In this document: one piece after another, positions 1 through 10,345 of the stretch
Layout: every line of letters begins with the position of its first letter
Numbering within the stretch: position 1 is the stretch's first letter
Origin: Paramicrosporidium saccamoebae KSL3
Taxonomy: Eukaryota; Fungi; Cryptomycota
Length of the DNA: 32,000 bases
Reading direction: 5' to 3'
NCBI GenBank assembly: GCA_002794465.1
Contig: MTSL01000134.1
Location: 15,495 to 47,494 of the forward strand
Program-made: the position numbers and the translations under genes
Notes under the pieces: generated by a model
Seen by the model: only the letters and a program-made list of their open reading frames with translations
What the model was told of the DNA's origin: nothing
Database searches by the model: none

Positions 1-1
1 T

Positions 2-1272
2 TTACATTCTTACGATACGCACTTTGCCATCATCAAAGCTAGCGAGGAGGAGATTGGGTACCTCTACCAAATCAAATATAGCGTTTTCTTCCATTCCAAT
101 GGGCAATGAGGCCAGTAATTCGCCCTTGCGACCGTCCCAGACCATTATGGTGCCGTTTAGACATCCCACGGCAAGACAGCCCTCATTGCTAAGCCATGTG
201 TAACTTGTCACCCCATCCATCTCTCCATCTCCCAACACTCCCCTTACTTTGTAATTGTTCGCATCAAACATGTGCACCGTTCCGCCCAAAGAGCCGGCCA
301 TCATAATAGAATGTCCCTTCATGAACGAAACACATTCCACGGCAGCCTCGCCCGTACTGTGTTGCGACAGTATTTGCTGATGTCCCAAATGTAGTGCTGC
401 AACCATTCCGTCCGAAAAACCCACCAACGCCACCGGCATTACTGGATGCACAGATAGTGACAGCGCATCTCCAGGAAGCTGGTTGCCTGTGTAAGTGATG
501 GATGCCGTGCCGTCCTTTGGATCCCAAACAAAGACGACGCCGTCGCCACCCGTAACCAGCTGTTTTCCCGAAGGGGAAAAGGCTCCGCAGGTGGAGGTGG
601 TGGCATTTCCGGTAAATACGTTCATGCACTTTCCCAACTGAGCGTTCCACATCCAAACGGTTCCGTCTGCGCTTCCAGCTGCTAATACTGGTCCCTTTGG
701 ATGCCAATCCAGCCACTAAAATGATTAGTCAACAAGGCTCCGAGTACAGTCACTTCAGAGGGACCCTCAAGTACGTGGACACAGCTTCCTTCCGTGGTCC
801 AGATACGAACAGTGCCGTCCAAGCTACCAGTGGCCAGTAATTTCCCGTCAGTACTAAACTTGACATGTTCCACCGTATCAGTGTGGCCACACAGTTCTGT
901 AAGAATGTCCACTTTGAGGGTATCAGTGTCGTCGAGTCGAAAAAGAACGGCCTTGTCGTTGCCACCGCCCGAGGCAATGAGTGTAGGGTCGTGCGGGTTG
1001 ACGGAAAGCGAGTAAGACGGATCCCCATCATGCAGTTCCAACTCTGCAGCATACGGCACCACATCATCATCCATAGTGGCGTCGACGATCATAGGGTCCT
1101 CGCCATCATATTCTTCCAAAATGTCGTCCGAGTTGAGTAGCGCTTCCTCCTCATCAACCAGCGCTTCCTCTTCATCAAACAACGCTTCCTCCTCATCAAA
1201 AGAACCCCCCTCTTCTACATCAACTGCTTTTTTAGGGTGCTCATCAGCGGCATCTTTATATTCCGAGGTCAT
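2..1272 (-). CDS. SQT1: WD40 protein of the AAMP/Sqt1 family (Rpl10/uL16 chaperone)
   Basis: Exons 1272-748 and 715-2. A 32-nt intron at 716-747 (GTACTC..CTAAT..TTAG) joins ...LEGPSEVT to WLDWHPKGPVLAAGSADGTVWMWN, the typical Sqt1/AAMP sequence. Acidic N-terminus followed by WD repeats; TAA stop at 2-4. Confidence 0.85.
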
Positions 1273-1301
1273 GTCAGTCTACCCAGACCCTGGACAAATT
1301 T

Positions 1302-4037
1302 CTATTTATGGACGATGCTATTTACATATTCTTCGGCTGCGGCAATCACTGCTGCATCGACTTGTTCTTGGATTGGGAATGGAGTGGGATCCTTGACTAT
1401 TTGACTTTGCTCACTGGATAGAAATACAGGAAACCCGTGACGGGGATCATAGTACATGAACGAAATGTCCAGCAGCAAAACTTGCATCTACACATGATTA
1501 GACAAATCGTCCCAGTTACATTTTTGACAAACACTGTGGATCTGTTTCGCAGCAGCTTGACTGAAGCCACCTTTTTACGTCCTATGGCAAGCCATAAATG
1601 ATCCGATTCCCATCGAACGACCACGCCAAGAAGATCATAATCCTCCTGCTCCTCTAATAATTCATTTGGATTAATCGGAGGTCTTCCGGTAGGAATTTTT
1701 TCAGTCTGATAGTCTTTGAGGAAAAAAATACGGGTGGTCCGCACTGAAGATATATACACCACATTTCTTTTTTTGATTGTTGGCTTCATGCTGGTGATCT
1801 GTAGAATAGATCCCTCCACAACCCTGGAATACATTTCGGGATTCGAGTCCCATAATGTAACAATTCCAATATTCAAAGCGCCCGGCTTTCCGCAGCAATC
1901 GGCAACTTTAAATTTGACAGTCATCCGCACGCTGATTATTTGGTCTACCGACTTTGATTCGGTGTAATCTTCAGATCGTGTCAGGTTGTCAAGCTCCTCT
2001 TCAGTAACTGTTTGTCTTTGCCCCGATTCTCTCTCGACCATGTACAGTGCCGGGTATCTACGAATGACAGCAACCTGAAGACAGGATATCAGTCCCCCAT
2101 CGGCGTCGACTGAAGACAGAGAAACAATAAACGACACGCTTCGATGTCGGCCCAGCTTGGCATGCCACCGAGCCGGTCGAGTCGAGTTTCCGAAAATCTT
2201 CAATCTTACCTTGTCCTGTGCATCTAGAATGTCGGTGGCCTCTTCAGATACGACCTGCGCAAGGGACACTTTTAGTTTTTGACCGACCTTGATTTTCTCT
2301 GAAGTAATCAACCTTTCAATTGACAGGTCATGGGTAACCTTGAGCGAGTACCATCCATCGGAAAGGCTCATTGCACAGTCTGGTTGAAGGGAGGAAACGA
2401 ACAAGACCATGTATGCACTTGGACTGTCATCTCGCTCCGCAATCTTTTTCAGAATCGATCTTTGTGCCTTGTTGATTTCCCTGTCATACCTGTAGCACAA
2501 CTGTGAAATGACCGTTTCAGTGTTTAGGGACATGCCGCAAAAATCGGCAATACCAGTATTATAATAGGACAAAAGCTTCCAGATGATCATAAACATGTGA
2601 TTTTGAATCCACCGGACATCCAAAGATCCAAAACATTGCAGTGCCGAGGCATACACGTTGGAAAAGACCGGACCAGTTGCGTTCTGCTGTTGATTCTGCC
2701 GTTGATTATGCTGGCGATTATGTTGGCGATTCTGGCATTGATTCTTACAATCACAGAGACACTTCCTTTCTATATGATTATGAGGATTCAGCAAGGATAT
2801 TACCTGGAGGAACGCAAATGTCAAAAGTCAGGGTGGAGCATTCACGAGGCGGCGTCTTTGTAGAATTGAGTTTTGCCATAAATCCCGACCTTTCTACGCC
2901 CTTGACAAGAGCGGTCTCGAAGGGATTAATCAGTGAAGGGGATTTGAATTGTGGATTCGCAAGCTTGGTCTTCTTCGGTGCCTTTACATCGAGAGGCGCC
3001 TTCCATCCTTTAGTAATAGACCCAGGCGGTCCAGTAGCAGCATCATGATCACTGTTCACTGAGGACAATATTTTGGATGCTTTCGCGATGGCTGCCGATG
3101 ATGGCGTAGCAATCTTCCTCCCTGAAGCCGAAGAAAACATTGAAGTAGAGTTAAAGTCGCTACCAATCGAGTTCTCGATGGACAGAGGCCCGATCGCCCG
3201 TCCATCCGAGAAATTGTCTCCACTTGAAAATATCTGGTCTGCCTTTTTCAAAGCATCCTTTGATGGACTCTTAATCCTTCTCCCAGCGGCTGTTTGGAAG
3301 GACACTTTAGGCATGTTTTGAGGTGATTGGAAAGACAAGTCGGTAGGCTGAAGAGACAAATCGGTAGGTTGGAGAGACAAATCGGTAGGCGGGTGAGACA
3401 AATTGGTAGGTTGGAGAGGCAAACCAGTAGATTGGAGGGGAAAATCAATAGCCAATTTCAATTCTTTTGACGGCGATTTGAATTTTGTTGTTATACGAGG
3501 CGTATTACTATCTCTCAGCAAGGATTCTGCCCTGGAAATCGCTTCGGCAGAAGGACGATCAATCTTCCTCCCTGCCGCGGTTGCAAATCCCACAAAGCTC
3601 ACTGGCATCTCGACTGGCAAATCCGCCGTCGTCCTCCGATTTGCAGGCGAGGGCGGTGGGATGGTCTTTCCGCCAGCGGTCTTGAATTCCTGTGAAAATC
3701 CGATTGGCTGCGATGGGATGGCTAACATGTCGTCATCAGGACAATCACAGTCGTCAAAGAGCGTTGGTGTAGCCGGCGACAGGATTAGCTTGGAGGTGCG
3801 CTCAATGCAAGGCGTTTCATATTCCGACTTCCACAGCGACATGATTTGATTCTGCGTTTGAGTAGAAAAGGGCTGAAAGTCAAAATCCTCCCCCAAGTTT
3901 TGTAATTCAGAGGGCGCAGCATTTGCAATCGCATCTTGCAGCCGTACCCATCCACCAGCACAAATGTCGGGAGCAGTGTCCTCTGGCACAGAGTATTTGC
4001 CTGCCAGGAATTCCTCCAGTGGCACTGGGTCCCGCAT
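1302..4037 (-). CDS. BRCA2: BRCA2/Brh2 homologue, about 889 aa
   Basis: Exons 4037-2804, 2769-1520, 1487-1302 (introns 34 and 32 nt, total 2670 nt, in frame). BRC-like repeats FxTAxGK/RxI. Helical-domain motif WIQNHMFMIIWKL. OB1 motifs QLCYRYDREI, ILKKIAERDD, LSDGWYS, NSTRPARWHAKLG. OB2 IRRYP...TLWD. OB3 YDLLGVVV. Confidence 0.93.
2689..2748. repeat. 12-bp tandem repeat, about 5 copies, inside BRCA2 (Gln/Asn/Arg tract)
   Basis: gttgattctgcc gttgattatgct ggcgattatgtt ggcgattctggc attgattcttac; minus strand encodes KNQCQNRQHNRQHNQRQNQ. Confidence 0.75.
3333..3437. repeat. 21-bp tandem repeat, about 5 copies, inside BRCA2 (encodes LQPTDLS units)
   Basis: Unit GAGACAAATCGGTAGGTTGGA with variants; protein reads LPLQPTNLSHPPTDLSLQPTDLSLQPTDLS. 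Confidence 0.85.
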
Positions 4038-4068
4038 GATAAAGCTAATATCCCGAAATTTCTTTTAT

Positions 4069-5780
4069 TTACAAGCGATCATCATCAGTGTATGAGGAAC
4101 AAAACAGTCGGTAGAGTCTTTTAGACAGTACAAGACCAAATTTGCGCTGCGATTCGGATACTTCCCATTCCTTAAAGTAGTGTTCACGGGATTTTTCAGT
4201 GGCGAGTGACTGGTAGTGTCGCCACAATGACAATGCTGATGGAAATTTCTGGGTGATCGCGGCTGCCTTTTCCACAGTAAGTTGTCGGATGGAGAGGAGC
4301 TGCTTCATAAACAAATCTTTGATGGACAAGTTGGCCGACTTACTATTCATCTGAGTGAAACATCCGAAACTCTGAAACAGTCGTCTCCCTGTCAGCTTGC
4401 CCTCTGCCTCTAACTTGGAAAAGTAAGCGTCCCGTATAACAGGAGCGCCCATTATTCCGGCATGGAGGGATTCTGCTGCTCGATTTGTTATATCGATGGA
4501 TAGGGTTATTAAGAACCGTAAAGTCTCCTCAATGCCACTTGTGTAGCGTAGATGGAGACCATCCACTATCTGGGTATGCACAATAGCAGCATCAAACTTG
4601 TCCTTGCCAATGTTGCTAAAATCTGCCGAGCCCGACTTCTCCACCAAGTAGATTAAATTCTTGATTCCAGACGATCTAAGGCGAAACTACAAATATGTGA
4701 CACTTTGCACAACACTACCTTTTGTTCTATGAATCGACCATCGGGAATACTCGCCAACAAGTCATCCTCCCGTTTTCGCTCCACAATGTAATCTAGCACA
4801 ATCTCATCAGGTGCCTCTAAGCATTAGAAGAGTTTGATTCGCATACGGACGTGAGGTTTTGCGCGAGCAATCCACATAAAATCACCCAGCTCTAGACATC
4901 TCTGTTCCGAGGGTATCCCTGCGCTTTGAAGCCGATTAATAATAAAGTCTCGATCTTCCCTGGATTTGACCTCACGCGTGTCAACGAGCAAAACAATGTC
5001 AAATTGGCTTATTGTAAAGGTTTCAAAATCGGGGCTTCCCAAAGGGTTCATTTCGACCTCTTCGTCAGCAACAGAAGGAGGAGACTCGGGCATCGGCGCT
5101 GAGCTACGCCGCTCTCCCGAATTCCACAATCGCTCAGCAAGCTCTACTCCAGTATCGGTGAGGGAGAATCGCGCGGGAATGGAACATTTCTCCACAAAAC
5201 CTTTGGCTATTAGAGTTTTGATAGCTCCTTGAATTGGACAAAACGGTCCCTCGTCCATTGGCGAAAGACAGTAGGCCTGTCCCTGCGATACAATTTCTTG
5301 CTTCAAAAGATAGCCCTTTGGGTTAGGATGATGCTTCTCCAAGTGCAGAGCAATCAACATGGCATAGGGTCCAGATCTGAATGCGGGAACATATTCCTTG
5401 ACGACTGCTGCTCTTCGTCTTTTCGGTGCTGGTTCTACAACCAGTGGGATTGTTTGTGGCGGCCGTGGAACTGACCCGCCATCGTCCACAAAACGCTTTT
5501 CTAGTCTATTTCTGATATTACTCCCAATGCCATGTAGCTTTTCAAGCTGTCCGAAATCCGTCACAGACGCGTCAAGCTCCAGCAGGGACATGAGCGCCTA
5601 CCACCTTAGACACTGCCAATGGATTACCCGTCGATATACAAACTGAAGCCTGTCATTACGGGATGCGGCCTGTTCCTGCCACTCCAGCAGGTAGCCGGCT
5701 ATCTGAGCGTTTGGGCTGGATGCCACTCGATCCCTGATTGATGCTCCTCCTTGGCTAGCACCTTTTGCCATTGCCACCAT
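4069..5780 (-). CDS. MUS81: MUS81 structure-specific endonuclease, about 539 aa
   Basis: Exons 5780-5628, 5597-4847, 4816-4719, 4686-4069 (introns 30, 30, 32 nt; 1620 nt total). N-terminal HhH (LHGIGSNI), winged helix ([14 protein letters not shown]), ERCC4 domain ([44 protein letters not shown]), C-terminal HhH. The start could be the second ATG at 5771. Confidence 0.93.
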
Positions 5781-5901
5781 CCCGGTCCATTCCTTGCTAT
5801 ATATTCAACGTAATAACAGTGGAACATGCTGCAGAACACTGTAATTTAGCTCATAAATAACTAATCCCAATCAAAAACGAACTTGACCTGGGTCAGTATC
5901 A

Positions 5902-7650
5902 ATGGAATCCCGAGAATATGGATATGGTACTGCCTTGATTCCCAAGACTCTTACGAATTATATAGTGCCCCCCAGTGACCCAAGACTAGGAGGACGGTCT
6001 TCCAGCGCAGGATACGGTATAATATGGATAGAACACTAACATGCAGACCTTGGCCGTACCTCGAGCTATGATGACAGACGTGGCCGCGAAGCTGACCATA
6101 GTCGCCACCATGGAGGTCGAGACCGAGATAGAGACCGAGAAAGGGACCGGGAAAGAGGCCGAGAAAGGGAATCCCATAGAGAACCCTACAGAGAATCCCA
6201 CAGAGAGCCCTACAGAGAATCCCATAGAGACCGTGACCGTGACAGAGACCGACGTGACAGAGATAGACACGACGGACGAGAACGTCGTTATGACGATAGA
6301 GAACGACGTCGCTCCCGTAGCAGAGACGATCGTCGTGGTCGCGACTACGAGCGTGACAACGGTCGGTATTTCCGTGACGGTGGCAATGGCCGACGCCGTG
6401 ACAAGAGTCCTATCGCCCTCTTTGATAAATATTCAGTGGAAAATCTTAGTCCCTACCGTGGAGTGGCTCTCCCACTGGAGGAGCGACAGCGTGTATTGAA
6501 AAATTGGGATGCGGCACCAGCTGGATTCGAGAGGATTACTGCGGACAAGGCAAAACTGACTGGACTATTTCCCCCTCCAGGAAACATTGCCAAGATTACC
6601 AATTTTGTGCCACCGACACTGGACCCAACCAAGGCTGCCATGTTGGCAATGCTGACCAATACTACACCCGATACTGCGTCATATCTCTCATCAGGGGCGG
6701 CTTTGTTTGCGCCAGCATTATCTAAGCAAGCGAGACGAGTGTATGTGGGCGAAATCCCAAAGAATGCTACCGAGGACGAGATTGCCGATTTCTTTAATCA
6801 GCGCATGGCAGCCAATCAGTCGTCCACTGCCGGAATATATGTCCTGGGAGTGGAAATTGCTGGCGATCGGGATTATGCCTTTGTTGATCTGCGATCGCCC
6901 GAGGAGGCCGAGTTAGCCACTAAACTTGATGGTGAGCACTTCCGTGGCCATCAAATTATTGTACGTCGTACCCGTGAATACCAAACGGTTAGTAATGGTG
7001 GGCCTGAAACTCAAGCAGAACCGTCAGAGAATAATCAACTTGTCATTTCGGGAATTCCAAAATTCCTAACTGAAGCACATTTGAAGTACCTGCTGGCTCC
7101 GTTTGGACAAATCAAATTCTTGCGCGTTCTCCATGACGAGAGTCTCGGCACGGAGACGTTTGGTGTTGCTGTCCTCGAGTTGGATGATCCGGCTGTAGTG
7201 GAGCCGATGAGAAAGGGGCTGGATGGGTTTGACCTTGGCGAGCATCGTCTAGTCGTCAGGAAACTACCAGACTGTGTTGATGACGAGCAAGTAGCCCTCG
7301 CCCTGTCGCTATTCTCTCTGACACCTGGAAAAGCAACAACTGACCCGTCTCTTGTGATGCAGTTGCTCAACATGGTCACTACAGATGATCTTACTAATGA
7401 CCAAGACTATGAAGACATCATTGCCGACATTCGTGAAGAATGCGAACAATATGGAGACATTGTCACCATTCACGTACCAAGACCATCATTAGAGCACCGA
7501 GTAGCGGGAATTGGCAAGATTTTTGTCGAGTTTAGAAAAGTCGAAGACTGCATGCGGGCAGTCTCTGAGCTGTCTGGCCGATTGTTTGCTGATCGGGCTG
7601 TGCTGTCATCATACTTTCCTCTCGAAAAATTCCACCAGCGCATCTTATAA
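5902..7650 (+). CDS. U2AF2: U2AF large subunit (U2AF65)
   Basis: ATG 5902; 30-nt intron 6017-6046 (GTATAA..CTAAC..CAG). RS/RD-rich N-terminus in frame with ORF 6436-7650. ULM KNWDAAPAGFE, RRM1 RRVYVGEIP / YAFVDLRS, RRM2, and C-terminal UHM QLLNMVT..DIREECEQYG..GKIFVEF. A possible extra intron lies at 5927-5965. Confidence 0.92.
6167..6240 (+). repeat. 12-bp tandem repeat in the U2AF65 RS region (RESH/REPY units)
   Basis: agagaatcccat agagaaccctac agagaatcccac agagagccctac agagaatcccat. Confidence 0.75.
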
Positions 7651-7765
7651 TTGTTTATCAGAAATAAAGCAAGTTATATTCCTTGCGGTCCGTATGTGAC
7701 GTAGAGGTAGAGGTAGAGGCAGAGGATTGGTTAGTCGGGTATTTGACGTAGAGGGTTGATTAGTT

Positions 7766-7866
7766 GCTGGGTATTTGAGGACAGTGAGATGTGTATCCAT
7801 ACTATTATAGGATTAGCAGTGAACAAGCCCCCTTCCCGTCTGTGGTATTAACCCCACTACGCGACA
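7766..7866. repeat. Dispersed 101-bp non-coding element, copy A
   Basis: Matches the reverse complement of 14905-15005 at 97/101 positions. Weaker similarity continues to about 7744. Preceded by (GTAGAG)n at 7701-7724. Confidence 0.95.
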
Positions 7867-7886
7867 TATATTATTATTGAGGATAA

Positions 7887-8834
7887 CTAAATCTTGTTCA
7901 GATCAAATTCTGGAAAGTGCTTAAGCACAAACTGTTTGAGAGACTCTGAACAGCGTGCCAATTTCAGTGCTGCTGGCTTCGGTGGGGGTATATTTGGATT
8001 GACAGAGAAATACCACTCCAAAAGCTCTACGTGTCCAAGTTCAATGGCATCCTCGATTGAACGCCTACACAGCCGCAATTTAGATTCGCGTTGGTGTATA
8101 TAACGGAGAGCATCTAAACGGTTATTTGAAACTAGGGTCCGGAGGGTGTTCTCATTCAAATCTAATTTCTCCTTTACGTGTTGCAGGAATAACATTAAGC
8201 ACTCTGATTCTTTCGAGTTGATCGCGTAGTGGAGCAGATGCCATTTCGGCACCCATAATCCTTCTTTAATTAACGAATGGATAATCTCAACATTTCCGGT
8301 CAAGATTGCAGTGAATGGTGTACACGCAATTTTTAGTTTGCATTCCTTTAAAAAGTTGACTACACGCAACGAGGCAAATAATGGGTCTATATCAGAGTAC
8401 TCGAACATGGACAGATCGGATAGAGTCTTTGTAAGATTGATTGCATCATAGTTGGCCAGATTATTTGAATCAAGAACTTGCTCAAGCAGCTCTGGCAAGA
8501 ATTCAAGTATTTTCGGGTTGTCCGCAATCAGAATGGAGTGGACATTTTGCTCAAGATCACTAGCAGAAAGTAAATCGGGATATATATCCCAAGCAGTGTC
8601 ACGAAACATGGCATAGTATAGCACACGCTCTGCAGATGATCTGCCAGGAATGGCAGGAATATTGTCAAAGTTTCCGAGGAGCGCTGCTGACTCTAATGAC
8701 ACCTTAAAATCGGCTAAAGCTTGAGCTTTTGAATAGTTTTGAACAAGCAGCTGCTCTTCAGTGAGTCCATCTGAGCAACTGGCGGGTACGAAATTTGGCG
8801 AAATGAAAAATAGTGCGACGAGTGACAGATTCAT
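7887..8834 (-). CDS. Secreted ankyrin-repeat-like orphan protein, 315 aa
   Basis: First true ATG at 8834 (the ORF track starts at GTG 8843). Hydrophobic N-terminus MNLSLVALFFISPNFVPASC. C-terminal ankyrin-like helices AILTGNVEIIHSLI, LLHYAINSKESECLMLF, VSNNRLDALRYI, AIELGHVELLEWY. Intronless. Confidence 0.7.
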   Translation of the reverse strand: MNLSLVALFFISPNFVPASCSDGLTEEQLLVQNYSKAQALADFKVSLESAALLGNFDNIPAIPGRSSAERVLYYAMFRDTAWDIYPDLLSASDLEQNVHSILIADNPKILEFLPELLEQVLDSNNLANYDAINLTKTLSDLSMFEYSDIDPLFASLRVVNFLKECKLKIACTPFTAILTGNVEIIHSLIKEGLWVPKWHLLHYAINSKESECLMLFLQHVKEKLDLNENTLRTLVSNNRLDALRYIHQRESKLRLCRRSIEDAIELGHVELLEWYFSVNPNIPPPKPAALKLARCSESLKQFVLKHFPEFDLNKI

Positions 8835-8995
8835 GACTGACACGATTTTCCGGTTCCGTTACACACGGAATTGTGCGCTGGGGAACAGTAATTAATTACA
8901 AACTATAACATTATCGGCAGATTGCCGCAATTGCATTGATCCGAAAATTACTCTGAAAGGATGCAGCAGTTGTATCGGCCAAGCATCTATGGTTG

Positions 8996-9009
8996 GTTGC
9001 CCTGGCTAC
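8996..9009 (-). promoter_or_regulatory. RFX X-box consensus match
   Basis: Minus strand GTAGCCAGGGCAAC fits GTNRCC(N0-3)RGYAAC exactly; 161 nt upstream of the ankyrin-like gene ATG. Confidence 0.4.
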
Positions 9010-9279
9010 CCCGAAAATGCTTTGCAATACCCTCACGTCATCATAAGGGCGTCGTTGAAGCAGATACGGCTAGTACTAAACGACATGGGGATGGTACCCA
9101 TTATTAAATGGCATTTTCTCAGACAGTCTCTATAAGGGCGAGCATTGTTTTGGTCGAGTCGCACCTAAAAGAGCAATAGTGTTGTCAATCATACAATAAT
9201 ATAATGATCATTATTACAGTATTTGGACGCCTAGCTAAATCGGTAGCGTCTTCTTTTTCGCTTAATAGGTGCTCGATTC

Positions 9280-10107
9280 TTAAACTCTGCGTCCGATGAG
9301 TGAGCGTCCGCGGCTATGAGTGCGCTCCACGCCCTTCCGCATCGATCTCTTAGCCCCGTCATCGCCGTAACCACGCGGTCCCACAGCGCGACGGGTCCCA
9401 CTTTTGGGCCGAAGTCGACCAGATTGAGTGGATCTGCGTTGAATGTACTTTGAGCGACGACCACCGGTAGTACGGATAACAATGCGACCCCGCTTAGAGT
9501 TGGTGACGCGGCGACTGTTGTTGTCGCCAGTTGAGACGCTGGACGGGAAATCGTCCGAGCTAGACGACGATCTCGATGAGGAGCCAGATGAAGAGCTAGA
9601 AGATGATCCCGTGCCTGAAGATGACGTTCCAGTAGAAGTAAATGTAGAACTCATTGAAGAATAAGATGAGCTTGATGATGAAGACGATGCCCAAGATGAT
9701 GAAGACGAAGACGAAGACGAAGACGATGAATCAGACCCAGTGTAGCCGGATGAACCAGAGCTGCTACTTTTGCTGCTGCTTGAGCTTGAAGAGTCTGTCG
9801 AGACACTAGATCCCACGGACGAATACGAGTTGGAGCTGGAGCTGGAACTAGAGCTGGAACTGGAGCTTGAACTCGAAGACGAAGACGAAAACGAACTACT
9901 GGAGCTTGAGCGACGTCTACGGCTCTTTTCATGGCGTCCATGGCTCTTTCCACGACGTCCGTGACGTCTCTTGGTAGCAGCCGTCCAGCCTCGAGGCAGT
10001 AATGGGTGCACTCGGGTAATATCAAGCCCGGCATCTCCAGCGGGAGAGACTGAAGATGCACTGGCAATGACTAGGACAATGCCAGTAACGACACACTTTA
10101 GCAGCAT
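9280..10107 (-). CDS. Secreted Ser-rich / Arg-rich low-complexity protein 1, 275 aa
   Basis: Signal-peptide-like MLLKCVVTGIVLVIASA, basic block KRRHGRRGKSHGRHEKSRRRR, about 115-aa poly-Ser tract written with mixed TCN/AGY codons, Arg-rich C-terminus. Intronless. Confidence 0.75.
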   Translation of the reverse strand: MLLKCVVTGIVLVIASASSVSPAGDAGLDITRVHPLLPRGWTAATKRRHGRRGKSHGRHEKSRRRRSSSSSSFSSSSSSSSSSSSSSSSSSSNSYSSVGSSVSTDSSSSSSSKSSSSGSSGYTGSDSSSSSSSSSSSSWASSSSSSSSYSSMSSTFTSTGTSSSGTGSSSSSSSGSSSRSSSSSDDFPSSVSTGDNNSRRVTNSKRGRIVIRTTGGRRSKYIQRRSTQSGRLRPKSGTRRAVGPRGYGDDGAKRSMRKGVERTHSRGRSLIGRRV

Positions 10108-10345
10108 GATTGCAAAAATGCTCTCGTGGACGTTCCATTTTGAACTGATTATTCACTATACTGCATTTGGTGATTAATATTTATGCAACGCCACAATTTA
10201 GCACATGCAGCACTTATTACCAGAGACTGAGCGACGTCTCACATATTCAAAAATACGCGCAGAGACTGCAGTTTACTCAAGTCGTCATACTTAGTGATGA
10301 ATTAATATACTACTACTTGCTTAAATGAGTCTCTGCATTATTTGC

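Noticed and set aside
2597-3048. Plus-strand ORFs 2597-2863 (hydrophobic LAIMLAIL) and 2641-3048
   Set aside because: Antisense shadows of the BRCA2 12-bp repeat region.
9231-9482. Alternative-frame ORF (MLSVLPVVVAQ...) as a second exon of Ser-rich protein 1
   Set aside because: It starts at TTG, I found no GT-AG pair of the typical 29-39 nt size linking it, and the main frame continues with matching Arg-rich composition.
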